A stretch of DNA of 64,000 nt from the NCBI GenBank assembly GCA_001873435.1, contig MNZB01000002.1:129620-193619 (forward strand). The letters run 5' to 3'. Within the stretch, counting starts at the first letter, position 1, and each line of letters starts with the position of its first letter. The notes below the pieces were generated by a model. The model did no database searches. It was given only the letters and a program-made list of their open reading frames with translations, and was not told the origin of the DNA. The DNA is from Candidatus Pacebacteria bacterium CG2_30_36_39. Its GTDB lineage: Bacteria > Patescibacteriota > Microgenomatia > UBA1400 > PJMF01. Shown here piece by piece: positions 56,360 to 64,000 of this stretch. Made by a program: the position numbers and the translations under genes.

Positions 56360-58084
56360 ATGCAATTATTTAAAAATACCGTTATTTCTTGGTTCTTAAA
56401 AAATAAATATTTATTTTTTGTTTTTGTTTTGGGAGTATTCTTGAGGTTTTACAATCTGGGAAATATGCCCATAGCTACTCATTTGGATGAGATTATGAAT
56501 GGTTATGTCGGAAAATTTACTATTCTTAATGGTGTTGATTTGTATGGTAATAAATGGCCAATTTTTTATTTTAATAATTTTGGTGATTACCCAAATATTA
56601 TGCCGATGTATTTATCTGGTTTATCGGCAATTATTTTTGGTAATACTGAGTTTGCAATTAGATTTCCTATTGCTCTCTTTGGTGGTTTGACAATTTTATT
56701 AATTTATTTTTTAACTAAATATTTATTTAATGATAATAAAATTGCTCTTTTTAGCAGTCTAACTATAGCAATTATGCCTTGGCATATTGTTCTTTCTAGG
56801 GCAACGGCTGAGGGGGTAACTGCGAGTTTTATATTTTTGTTGGCTATATATCTATTAATTAAGGATCAAGTTAAAAAGATTTCAATTACAACTATGATTT
56901 CGTTGTTTTTATTGCTTTTTACTTATTTGCTTTATCCTTCATTTAGAATTATTACGCCGCTGGCTGTTGTGCCGCTTTTTCTTTTAACTCAGCAAAGAGC
57001 CAAAAAAATATTATTTATTGTTTTTGCCTTATTATCACTTGGTGTAACTGTATATATCAGTCAATTGCCAGCTGGTAAGGGTCGTTTCGAGCAAACTAGT
57101 ATTATTAGCCAGAATAGTCCGATTCTTCCTTATCAAAGCGAGTTTATTAGTGGTGAGGGATTTGATAATGCTTTTAAAGCTAGATTGCTATTCAATAAGC
57201 CGGTGATGTTTGGTAGGGAATTTCTTAAGCAATATACTTCATATTTTTCTACAAGCTTTCTTTTTAGTGAGGGTGGATTGCCAAAGAGGTATTTTGTTCC
57301 AGACCAGGGAGTTTGGTACTATTCTTATTTGGGTATTTTTATTTTGTTCGTTGGTTTATTAATAATATTTCCTGATAGATTATCCAAATTTTATGAAAGT
57401 ATTTTGGTTAATAAGCAAAATAAGGCGAATGTTGTCTATTTAATTTATTTAACTTTGGTTTCTTTGGTTCCAGCTGCTATGACCTATGAAGATTCTCCCA
57501 ATGTTCATCGAGCTAGTTTGTTTCCGTTGTTTTTAAGTATTTGGAGTGGTTTATTTTTTATATTTCTAAGTAAGATTAGATATCGTAAATTTAGTTATCT
57601 TGCTTTTATTTTATTTGTTTCTATTTTTTTAGAGGCAATGTTTTTTTGGAATAAGTATCTTGTTCATGCAAATAAATATCAGGAGATTTATCGCAATGGT
57701 GCTTCTAAGAATCTAGTGGAATATTTGAATTCTCATAAAAATAGTTATGACCATATTTATGTTTCTGGTAGAAATGATATTCCTCTTTACTATCCTTTTT
57801 TCAACAATATTTATGATAGGGAGTTGAGTAATAGATTTGAGTTGGGTATGAGGTTGAAGGAGATTGATAATATTAGATTAACTGATGATGATTGTTTTGC
57901 TGATTTTTTTAGAGAAATTGAGAGTGTTAATACCTCTGATTTATATATAATGGGTTCTAATTGTATAATTGATTATGAGCAGTTGATTAAAAAGAGTTTA
58001 GAGTTGACTAAAAAAGATATTATTTATACTAAACAGGGTAATGAGGAATTAGCTACTTTTACTCTGGAGGCTATTAGTAAATAG
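56360..58084 (+). CDS. GT39/ArnT/PMT-like GT-C membrane glycosyltransferase, paralog G (574 aa, divergent)
   Basis: 'IATHLDEIMNGYVGKFTILNGVDLYGNKWPIFYFNNFGDYPNIMPMY'. Confidence 0.6.
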   Translation: MQLFKNTVISWFLKNKYLFFVFVLGVFLRFYNLGNMPIATHLDEIMNGYVGKFTILNGVDLYGNKWPIFYFNNFGDYPNIMPMYLSGLSAIIFGNTEFAIRFPIALFGGLTILLIYFLTKYLFNDNKIALFSSLTIAIMPWHIVLSRATAEGVTASFIFLLAIYLLIKDQVKKISITTMISLFLLLFTYLLYPSFRIITPLAVVPLFLLTQQRAKKILFIVFALLSLGVTVYISQLPAGKGRFEQTSIISQNSPILPYQSEFISGEGFDNAFKARLLFNKPVMFGREFLKQYTSYFSTSFLFSEGGLPKRYFVPDQGVWYYSYLGIFILFVGLLIIFPDRLSKFYESILVNKQNKANVVYLIYLTLVSLVPAAMTYEDSPNVHRASLFPLFLSIWSGLFFIFLSKIRYRKFSYLAFILFVSIFLEAMFFWNKYLVHANKYQEIYRNGASKNLVEYLNSHKNSYDHIYVSGRNDIPLYYPFFNNIYDRELSNRFELGMRLKEIDNIRLTDDDCFADFFREIESVNTSDLYIMGSNCIIDYEQLIKKSLELTKKDIIYTKQGNEELATFTLEAISK

Positions 58085-58095
58085 AAGGGTTTGAT

Positions 58096-59019
58096 ATGAA
58101 GATTTTAGTTACTGGTGGAGCAGGTTTTATTGCTTCTCACATTACTGATGCCTTTATTGAGGCTGGGCATGAGGTTGTGGTGGTTGATAATCTTTCTACT
58201 GGTAAGGAGCAATATGTGAATGCTCAGGCTAAGTTTGTTAAAGCAGATATTACTGATAAGGAGACGATTCAAAGAATTATTATGGATGAGAAGCCTGAGG
58301 TTTTAGATCTTCATGCTGCTCATATTCAAGTTGGTTATTCAGTGGTTAATCCTCAGTTTGATGCGGAGAACAATATTATTGCTCTTCTCAATATTATGGA
58401 GGCTGCTAAGGAGGTTAAGACGGTTAGGAAAGTGATCTTTGCTGCTACTGGAGGGGCTATGTATGGTAATAAGCAGACTCCTTTTGATGAGACGATGAAG
58501 GAACAGCCTCTTTCTCCTTATGGTATTAGTAAGAGGGCTGGGGAGTTATATCTCAATTATTATTACGAGCTTTATGGTATTCCCTTTGTTTCTCTGAGGT
58601 ATTCTAATGTTTATGGTCCTAGGCAGAATGCTCATGGTGAGTCTGGAGTAGTAGCTATTTTTGCTGAGATGTTGATGCAGGGTAAGGTTCCTGTGATTAA
58701 TGGGGATGGTTCTCATACGAGGGATTATGTGTATGTGGAGGATGTGGTTAAAGCCAATTTATTAGCTTTAAACACAGAGTTTGTGGGTGAACTTAATATT
58801 GGGACTGAGACTGAGGTTAGTACTAATGAGGTGTTTGAGGTGGTGACTAGGGAGTTGGGTTTGAGTGTTGAGAAGCAGTATGGTGCTCCTAGACCTGGTG
58901 AGCAGGTGACTAGTAGTCTTAGTTATGCTAAGGCTAAGGAGATTCTTGGTTGGGTGCCTAGTGTTGGTTTTGAGGAGGGTGTGAGGAGAGTGGCAGAGTG
59001 GTATAAGGGAGAAAAGTAA
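58096..59019 (+). CDS. NAD-dependent sugar-nucleotide 4-epimerase (GalE/WbpP-like short SDR, 307 aa)
   Basis: 'KILVTGGAGFIASHITDAFIEAGHEVVVVDNLSTG'. 'YGISKRAGELY' (YxxxK). 'RYSNVYGPRQ'. 'GDGSHTRDYVYVEDV'. Confidence 0.75.
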   Translation: MKILVTGGAGFIASHITDAFIEAGHEVVVVDNLSTGKEQYVNAQAKFVKADITDKETIQRIIMDEKPEVLDLHAAHIQVGYSVVNPQFDAENNIIALLNIMEAAKEVKTVRKVIFAATGGAMYGNKQTPFDETMKEQPLSPYGISKRAGELYLNYYYELYGIPFVSLRYSNVYGPRQNAHGESGVVAIFAEMLMQGKVPVINGDGSHTRDYVYVEDVVKANLLALNTEFVGELNIGTETEVSTNEVFEVVTRELGLSVEKQYGAPRPGEQVTSSLSYAKAKEILGWVPSVGFEEGVRRVAEWYKGEK

Positions 59020-59031
59020 ATAGTACAAAAT

Positions 59032-60681
59032 ATGTATTTAAACAGCAATCCTTGGATTTTTGGAGACGAGTACATTTACATAAGTAAAGCCAGAAATTTA
59101 AAATTTGGAATAGACGTTTTAGCAGATACAACAATAGGACATAGTTATCCTCCCCTATATTCATACCTACTATCTCTCGTTATTGGAAATGATCCAGTTT
59201 CTACTTATAGAAATATACAAATATTAAATTTTTTTTCCTCTCAATTTATTTTATTAATTTCTTTTTACTTTTTAAATAAAACTTATGATTTCACCAAACA
59301 AAAAAATGGTTTTGTTTATTTAATCTTTTCATATTTTGGAATAGCAAGTTTATCTACTATTTTAGGTTACAACTTTGTAGCAATGAGTGAAAACCTATTC
59401 ATACCATTAGTATTTTTAATATTTTCTTTAACTAATTATTTATTAAGTAAAAATAAAATTAACTATAAATTACTTTTTTCAATTGCTCTTTTAATATCTT
59501 GTTCCATTTTAACCAGAACTATCGGTATTATACTAATTCCTGTTTTCCTACTATCAATGTTGCCAAGTTTTATAAAATCTAAGAATACAAAAAAAATATT
59601 TTTAGATTCTGTATTATTTCTATTTTTTTCAATCATTCCATATTTAATTTTTAAAAAAGTAGAAAATTTATTTACCCCTAGCACCATTCAGGAGATTTCT
59701 GGTGATTATGATTCTTTGTTTAAAGCTTATGTTGGAGTAATAAAAGATTTTTTTCTTGGTAAAAATAATTTTTTTATTTCATTAAAAGTCATTGGGAATC
59801 ACATTATTTACTTATTTTTTTCAACCTTCTTTTTACCTTTTTTATTTATAATTAATGATTTTGTCGAATTTGTTAAAAGCAAAAAGATAAAAGGTGAATT
59901 AATTTTTGTTTTAACATCTTCTTTGCTGTTTTTTATACCTTCATACTTACACGATTATTTAGGATTTTTCAGAAATGAAATAAAATATTCTACATATTTT
60001 AGGTATGCTGATGCTAGTATCATTATTATGATTGCATATTCATTAATTAGACTTTTTGAAGTGACAAAAAATAAACTTAAGATATATAAAAATAGCTATT
60101 TTTTATATTTTTTTATATCAATGATTTTAACTTTATTTTTACCAGTTAGAGATTTTTATGTAACTATTAATTCCCTTGGTTGGACTTGGCTAGATATATT
60201 TAAGCAAAATGCTCTAATAATTAAAATTATATCTCTACTTTTATTATCTATTTTTTTATTTTTTATAAAATATAAAAAATACAATTTGTTCTTACTTTCA
60301 ATAATTATTTTAAATTTGTTTTCTATTTTTCCGATACTTAAAATGAATACATGGTTATCAACAAATAAAGAAAACTTGGCACTTGAACATACAATTTCAA
60401 ATATTTTAAGTAATAATAAAAAGATTCCTTTTTATATAGATAAAAACAATACAAAAGATGATAGTTTTGTGGGACCAATTTATTATGGAAAGTATTTCCT
60501 ATTATTTAATAGCAATGAAAAAATTCCAATAAAACCAATAAATATTAAAGAATTAAATGGTAAAAAACAATTTGTTTTTTTGGGAAAATCTAAAGATGAT
60601 ATTTTTAACATATATAATTTTAACGAAGTTATATCTATATCTGAAAATTTAAAAATTGGTATTATTTATGAGAATAAATGA
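59032..60681 (+). CDS. polytopic membrane protein (549 aa), extremely AT-rich; possibly another lipid-linked glycosyltransferase or polymerase
   Basis: More than 12 hydrophobic segments. N-terminal loop 'IFGDEYIYISKARNL'. No soluble catalytic domain recognised. Confidence 0.4.
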   Translation: MYLNSNPWIFGDEYIYISKARNLKFGIDVLADTTIGHSYPPLYSYLLSLVIGNDPVSTYRNIQILNFFSSQFILLISFYFLNKTYDFTKQKNGFVYLIFSYFGIASLSTILGYNFVAMSENLFIPLVFLIFSLTNYLLSKNKINYKLLFSIALLISCSILTRTIGIILIPVFLLSMLPSFIKSKNTKKIFLDSVLFLFFSIIPYLIFKKVENLFTPSTIQEISGDYDSLFKAYVGVIKDFFLGKNNFFISLKVIGNHIIYLFFSTFFLPFLFIINDFVEFVKSKKIKGELIFVLTSSLLFFIPSYLHDYLGFFRNEIKYSTYFRYADASIIIMIAYSLIRLFEVTKNKLKIYKNSYFLYFFISMILTLFLPVRDFYVTINSLGWTWLDIFKQNALIIKIISLLLLSIFLFFIKYKKYNLFLLSIIILNLFSIFPILKMNTWLSTNKENLALEHTISNILSNNKKIPFYIDKNNTKDDSFVGPIYYGKYFLLFNSNEKIPIKPINIKELNGKKQFVFLGKSKDDIFNIYNFNEVISISENLKIGIIYENK

Positions 60682-61261
60682 TAAAGAAATTACAATTGAT
60701 ATTTTTGTTTATATTGGTTTAGTTTCATTTATATCTTATTTTATTTCTAATAGCATTATTTTTATTTTAAACTATTTTTTAGTAGAAAAGTATTTTTTAG
60801 TTAATAAAATTACTACTAATCAAAAAACAATTATAATTATATTTATTTTGTTAATAATAAGCTTTATTTTTAACAAAATAAATATTTACAAACTAAAGGT
60901 AAAAACTCAACTAATGATACTTTTAATAGTATCTTTTTTAACACTAGGTTCTTCTTTTTATTTATCTAGAATTACTAGTTATTGGAAAGAAATACCAAAA
61001 ATACATTTAATAAAACCAAAATCTGGGATGCAAGGAACAATTATAACTTTATATGGTAATAATTTTGGAGAAGAATTCGAAAAGGGTACAGTGCTTCTTG
61101 GTAATGAGGAGTTAGTTATTAAATATTGGTCTAATACTAAAATTAAGGTCGAGCAACCAGTCCCGAATAATTTTGGAAAAAAGGAATTAAAAATAATAAA
61201 AATAAACAAAAAATTATCTGATCCAATAGAATATACCGTAATAAATCCATCTAAACTTTAA
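60656..61261 (+). CDS. membrane-anchored protein with C-terminal IPT/TIG-like beta-sandwich domain (201 aa)
   Basis: Three or four N-terminal TM helices, then 'IKPKSGMQGTIITLYGNNFGEEFEKGTVLLGNEELVIKYWSNTKIKV', which has an IPT/TIG-like P..G..GT.I.I.G.NF pattern. Confidence 0.35.
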   Translation: MVLFMRINDKEITIDIFVYIGLVSFISYFISNSIIFILNYFLVEKYFLVNKITTNQKTIIIIFILLIISFIFNKINIYKLKVKTQLMILLIVSFLTLGSSFYLSRITSYWKEIPKIHLIKPKSGMQGTIITLYGNNFGEEFEKGTVLLGNEELVIKYWSNTKIKVEQPVPNNFGKKELKIIKINKKLSDPIEYTVINPSKL

Positions 61262-61262
61262 T

Positions 61263-61808
61263 ATGTTAGTAATATCAACCATTTTTTTACATTTATTATT
61301 ATTTATCTTAAAAAAAATCAAGTTTGACTTTGGAGTTGATGTTAATTTTAGACTTTTTGTATTTTTTGAGTTGTTTTTGTTGACATTTTTTATGATAAAA
61401 AGCTTTTTTTATATTAAAAAAAATAAATTAAATGTTAGTTTGAGCAATAATTTTGTTTTTAATTCATATTTATTTAAACTTTTCAACAACAAGACTACGA
61501 GGTATATTTTAATTCCTTCTACATTATTTACATTAGCGATATTTTTTAGTTTAGCATCAAACTATGGATTCCATATGTTTTTATCTTATTTGTCACCATT
61601 TTTTTTATATGTTTTTTTTATTATTTTTGAAAAAAAAATTAAAAATGATAAAAGTTTGATTTTTTTTCTATTTATTTTTTATTTAATATTTGATACTCAA
61701 GAAAACAGTTTTTTAAAAAAAGTTAGCTTAATTTTATTATCAACAATCATTGCAACGGTTTTTGTAAAAGAAATAAAAAAATTATTAGTTTCTCGCAAAA
61801 ATTTCTAA
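61263..61808 (+). CDS. small polytopic membrane protein (181 aa), hypothetical
   Basis: ORF with 4-5 hydrophobic segments. Extremely AT-rich. Confidence 0.3.
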   Translation: MLVISTIFLHLLLFILKKIKFDFGVDVNFRLFVFFELFLLTFFMIKSFFYIKKNKLNVSLSNNFVFNSYLFKLFNNKTTRYILIPSTLFTLAIFFSLASNYGFHMFLSYLSPFFLYVFFIIFEKKIKNDKSLIFFLFIFYLIFDTQENSFLKKVSLILLSTIIATVFVKEIKKLLVSRKNF

Positions 61809-62969
61809 TATATTTTGTGAATATTTTTCCCAACTTAATTCCTTAAAAACAGTATCTCTCGCATTTTTTGAAATTTTTTCATACATTTTTTTATTGTTTA
61901 GTAAATAATTTATGTTTTTTACCAAAGAGCTAACTGATTTGGCTTCAAAAATAAAACCATTTTCTTTATTTTTTATTATCTCAGAAACTCCAGCGTCAGA
62001 AGAAATAACTGCTGGTTTACCATACGACATAGCTTCAACTGGAGCCAATCCCCATGTTTGTTTTACAGCAGGAAAAACAAAAATATAAGAGATTTCGTAA
62101 AGGGCAGCCAGTTCATCTTCAGATAAAGAACCAGTAAAAATAATTCTTTCTGATAAGTTTAGTTTTTTAATTAATTTTTTTAAATTATTTAACTCACTTC
62201 CAGAACCACCAATAATTCCTATAACATTTTTATTTTTTAATTTAAGGAAAGATCTTATAAAGTCGTCTATTCTTTTTAAAGGTTCTAATTTGCTAACAGT
62301 AAGTATTACCTTTTTATTTTTTAATTTATACCGATCTATAATCTTATTCTTAATTTCTTTATCTACTTCTTTTTTTTCGAAACCAGTGTGAACAACAATA
62401 GAATCTCTATTGAATGTATCTTTAACAATTTTTTTATTTTTTCTATCCAAAACTATTATATTATCAACTGATTCTACTATTTTTCTTTCTGTATATAGAT
62501 AAATAAGTTTTATTGGATAAAAAAATAACTTATTAAGTTTCCACCAATTTCTCAAAGGAAATCTATGCCAAGGGCTAAGTTCATTAAACATCCAAAAAAT
62601 TTTAGCTTTAGTATTTATTTTTTTATATAAAAAAGCAGAAAAATAAGATGGTGGATTATGACAATTTATTATTAAGTGACCTTTTTTCATTTTTTTGTAT
62701 ATTTTGTAAAAAAAGAAAGGAAAAAAAACTGACAAGTATTTTTGTTTAAGAAAAATACTACTATGGTCAGAAACAGAAACAATATTTTTTTTAAGTTTTT
62801 TAACTAAGTTAGGATAACAATTTTTTTCATCATAAAAATATGTGTATAAAGTTACATTATGACCTTTTTTAATAAGTTCATCCAGTAAATTAAGTATTTG
62901 TCTTTCTGCCCCACCATACATATCCAATAATGGATGTACTAAAGCTATATTAAGTTTGTTTTTTTTCAT
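61785..62969 (-). CDS. GT4 (GT-B) glycosyltransferase
   Basis: 'IALVHPLLDMYGGAERQILNL' N-terminus. 'WGLAPVEAMSYGKPAVISSDAGVSEIIKN'. 'FVFPA'. Confidence 0.75.
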   Translation of the reverse strand: MKKNKLNIALVHPLLDMYGGAERQILNLLDELIKKGHNVTLYTYFYDEKNCYPNLVKKLKKNIVSVSDHSSIFLKQKYLSVFFPFFFYKIYKKMKKGHLIINCHNPPSYFSAFLYKKINTKAKIFWMFNELSPWHRFPLRNWWKLNKLFFYPIKLIYLYTERKIVESVDNIIVLDRKNKKIVKDTFNRDSIVVHTGFEKKEVDKEIKNKIIDRYKLKNKKVILTVSKLEPLKRIDDFIRSFLKLKNKNVIGIIGGSGSELNNLKKLIKKLNLSERIIFTGSLSEDELAALYEISYIFVFPAVKQTWGLAPVEAMSYGKPAVISSDAGVSEIIKNKENGFIFEAKSVSSLVKNINYLLNNKKMYEKISKNARDTVFKELSWEKYSQNILEIFARN

Positions 62970-63006
62970 AAGTTACTATTCTTTGACAAGATGCTAATAT
63001 ATTAAA

Positions 63007-64000
63007 GTGAAAGAAACAAGTCTAAAAAAAGGCACTATTTTTTTATTTATATCTCAAATTTTTTCTATATTAACAGCTTATTTATTAAACTTTTATTTAG
63101 TTAGGCTCGTTTCTCCAAAGGAATATGGAGATTATTCAATAATAGTATATATTCTTTCCCTAATAGCCCTAATACTGTCATCTACTATCCCTCAGGCTTC
63201 TTCCAAGCTTGTCTCTGAGCATGGTATTGATTTAAGAAAAATAATTTCTGAAAGTTTTAGACTACAATCAATTCTTGTAGTGTTGATAACAATAGTTTAT
63301 ACAGCCTTGATTCCTCAAATAGGCTTTATACTCAACGATTCTTCTTTAAAAGAGTATATGTATAGTTCTTTAGTAATGATACCAGTCTATGGCTATTATA
63401 TTCTATTTTCTAGAATAGAGAATGGAAAAGGAAATTATTTATCACAATCGTTAATGGATGGTTTGGTTAATTTTGCTAAATTATCTTTAATTTTTATTAT
63501 ATTTTTATTATTTGGGAAAAATACCAACAATGCAATAATTGGTTTTTCTATATCACCAATTATTTCTATGGTTCTTGGTTTTATTTTAATTAAGCCAATT
63601 TTAAAAAAGGAAAATGAATATACTAAAGATTTTTTACTATTTTCGATACCATTTTTTTTGTTTTCTGTTTTAACAAATTTTTCAATCAAAAGTGGTTTGT
63701 TTATAATAAAATATTTTAACTTTAGTGGAGATAGTGTTGGATATTTTGCTGCCTACTCTACATTGTCTCAAATATTAGGTTTTTTCCCCACAGCACTTGG
63801 TTTGGCACTATTTCCAAAAGTGTCAAAAACATATTCATATAGACATCTAGATGGGCTTAAAAAAGTACTTAATAAATCAATAATCCTTGTATTTCTAATT
63901 ACAATAACTCCATCATTATTTTTGATAATTTTTAAAGAAAAAATAGTATCTTTTCTTTTTTCTGTGCAATATTTAGAAGAAATTAGTATTTTTAATTCTC
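63007..64000 (+). CDS. Wzx-like oligosaccharide flippase, 5' portion (GTG start; continues beyond the window end)
   Basis: Frame 1 is open from GTG 63007 to the window end. Translation '...KKGTIFLFISQIFSILTAYLLNFYLVRLVSPKEYGDYSIIVYILS...' is a typical polysaccharide-biosynthesis/Wzx N-terminus, with multiple TM segments following. Confidence 0.55.
   Translation, partial: MKETSLKKGTIFLFISQIFSILTAYLLNFYLVRLVSPKEYGDYSIIVYILSLIALILSSTIPQASSKLVSEHGIDLRKIISESFRLQSILVVLITIVYTALIPQIGFILNDSSLKEYMYSSLVMIPVYGYYILFSRIENGKGNYLSQSLMDGLVNFAKLSLIFIIFLLFGKNTNNAIIGFSISPIISMVLGFILIKPILKKENEYTKDFLLFSIPFFLFSVLTNFSIKSGLFIIKYFNFSGDSVGYFAAYSTLSQILGFFPTALGLALFPKVSKTYSYRHLDGLKKVLNKSIILVFLITITPSLFLIIFKEKIVSFLFSVQYLEEISIFNS

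Noticed and set aside
63435-63689. Minus-strand 84-aa ORF near the window end
   Set aside because: It is antisense to the open GTG-initiated Wzx-like frame (63007 to the end), which has a characteristic flippase N-terminus.
1-64000. Searched for transposase or integrase genes, CRISPR-cas, rRNA genes and prophage structural genes
   Set aside because: No ORF shows recognisable DDE-transposase, tyrosine/serine recombinase, Cas or phage capsid/terminase signatures. No rRNA-like segment is present. The only RNA gene recognised is tRNA-Gln.

Overview
This is an AT-rich, gene-dense bacterial window. On one strand the composition changes visibly between blocks, from very AT-rich to about 50% G+C. 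The protein repertoire points to a small-genome CPR/Patescibacteria-type organism; this is an inference from gene content and composition.

Housekeeping genes: a cca-type tRNA nucleotidyltransferase, recJ, a DsbA-like oxidoreductase, prmC/hemK, a Cas4/RecB-like Fe-S nuclease, tRNA-Gln(CUG), trmD and argS.

Signalling locus at 7.0-9.9 kb: two stand-alone receiver proteins (the second lacks the phospho-acceptor Asp), then an OmpR-type response regulator and a sensor-less histidine kinase arranged convergently. The pair is bracketed by a perfect 22-bp inverted repeat. Each copy is built from two 11-bp direct repeats.

From about 9.9 kb to the end the window is essentially one very large envelope-glycosylation supercluster. 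It contains at least seven paralogs of GT-C (GT39/ArnT/PMT-like) membrane glycosyltransferases with a DE...GY...FGD(Y/W)K motif, three YfhO-like membrane paralogs, a PIG-V-like mannosyltransferase and more GT-C-like membrane proteins. It also carries two polyprenyl-phosphate-sugar synthase GT2s (one fused to GtrA), many GT2 and GT4 enzymes, two Wzx-like flippases and an LCP protein. The nucleotide-sugar genes are gmd plus rmd (GDP-D-rhamnose), rmlB plus rmlD, ugd and a galE-like epimerase. An LPQTG-anchored Cys-rich Pro/Thr/Ser-repeat surface protein sits inside the cluster.

Two single-gene G+C-rich islands interrupt it: a lipoprotein at 44.2-45.5 kb and a membrane protein at 55.5-56.2 kb, the second flanked by a 13-bp inverted repeat. 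Very AT-rich blocks at 29.5-33 kb and 59-64 kb suggest mosaic acquisition.

No CRISPR array, rRNA gene or recognisable transposase was found.
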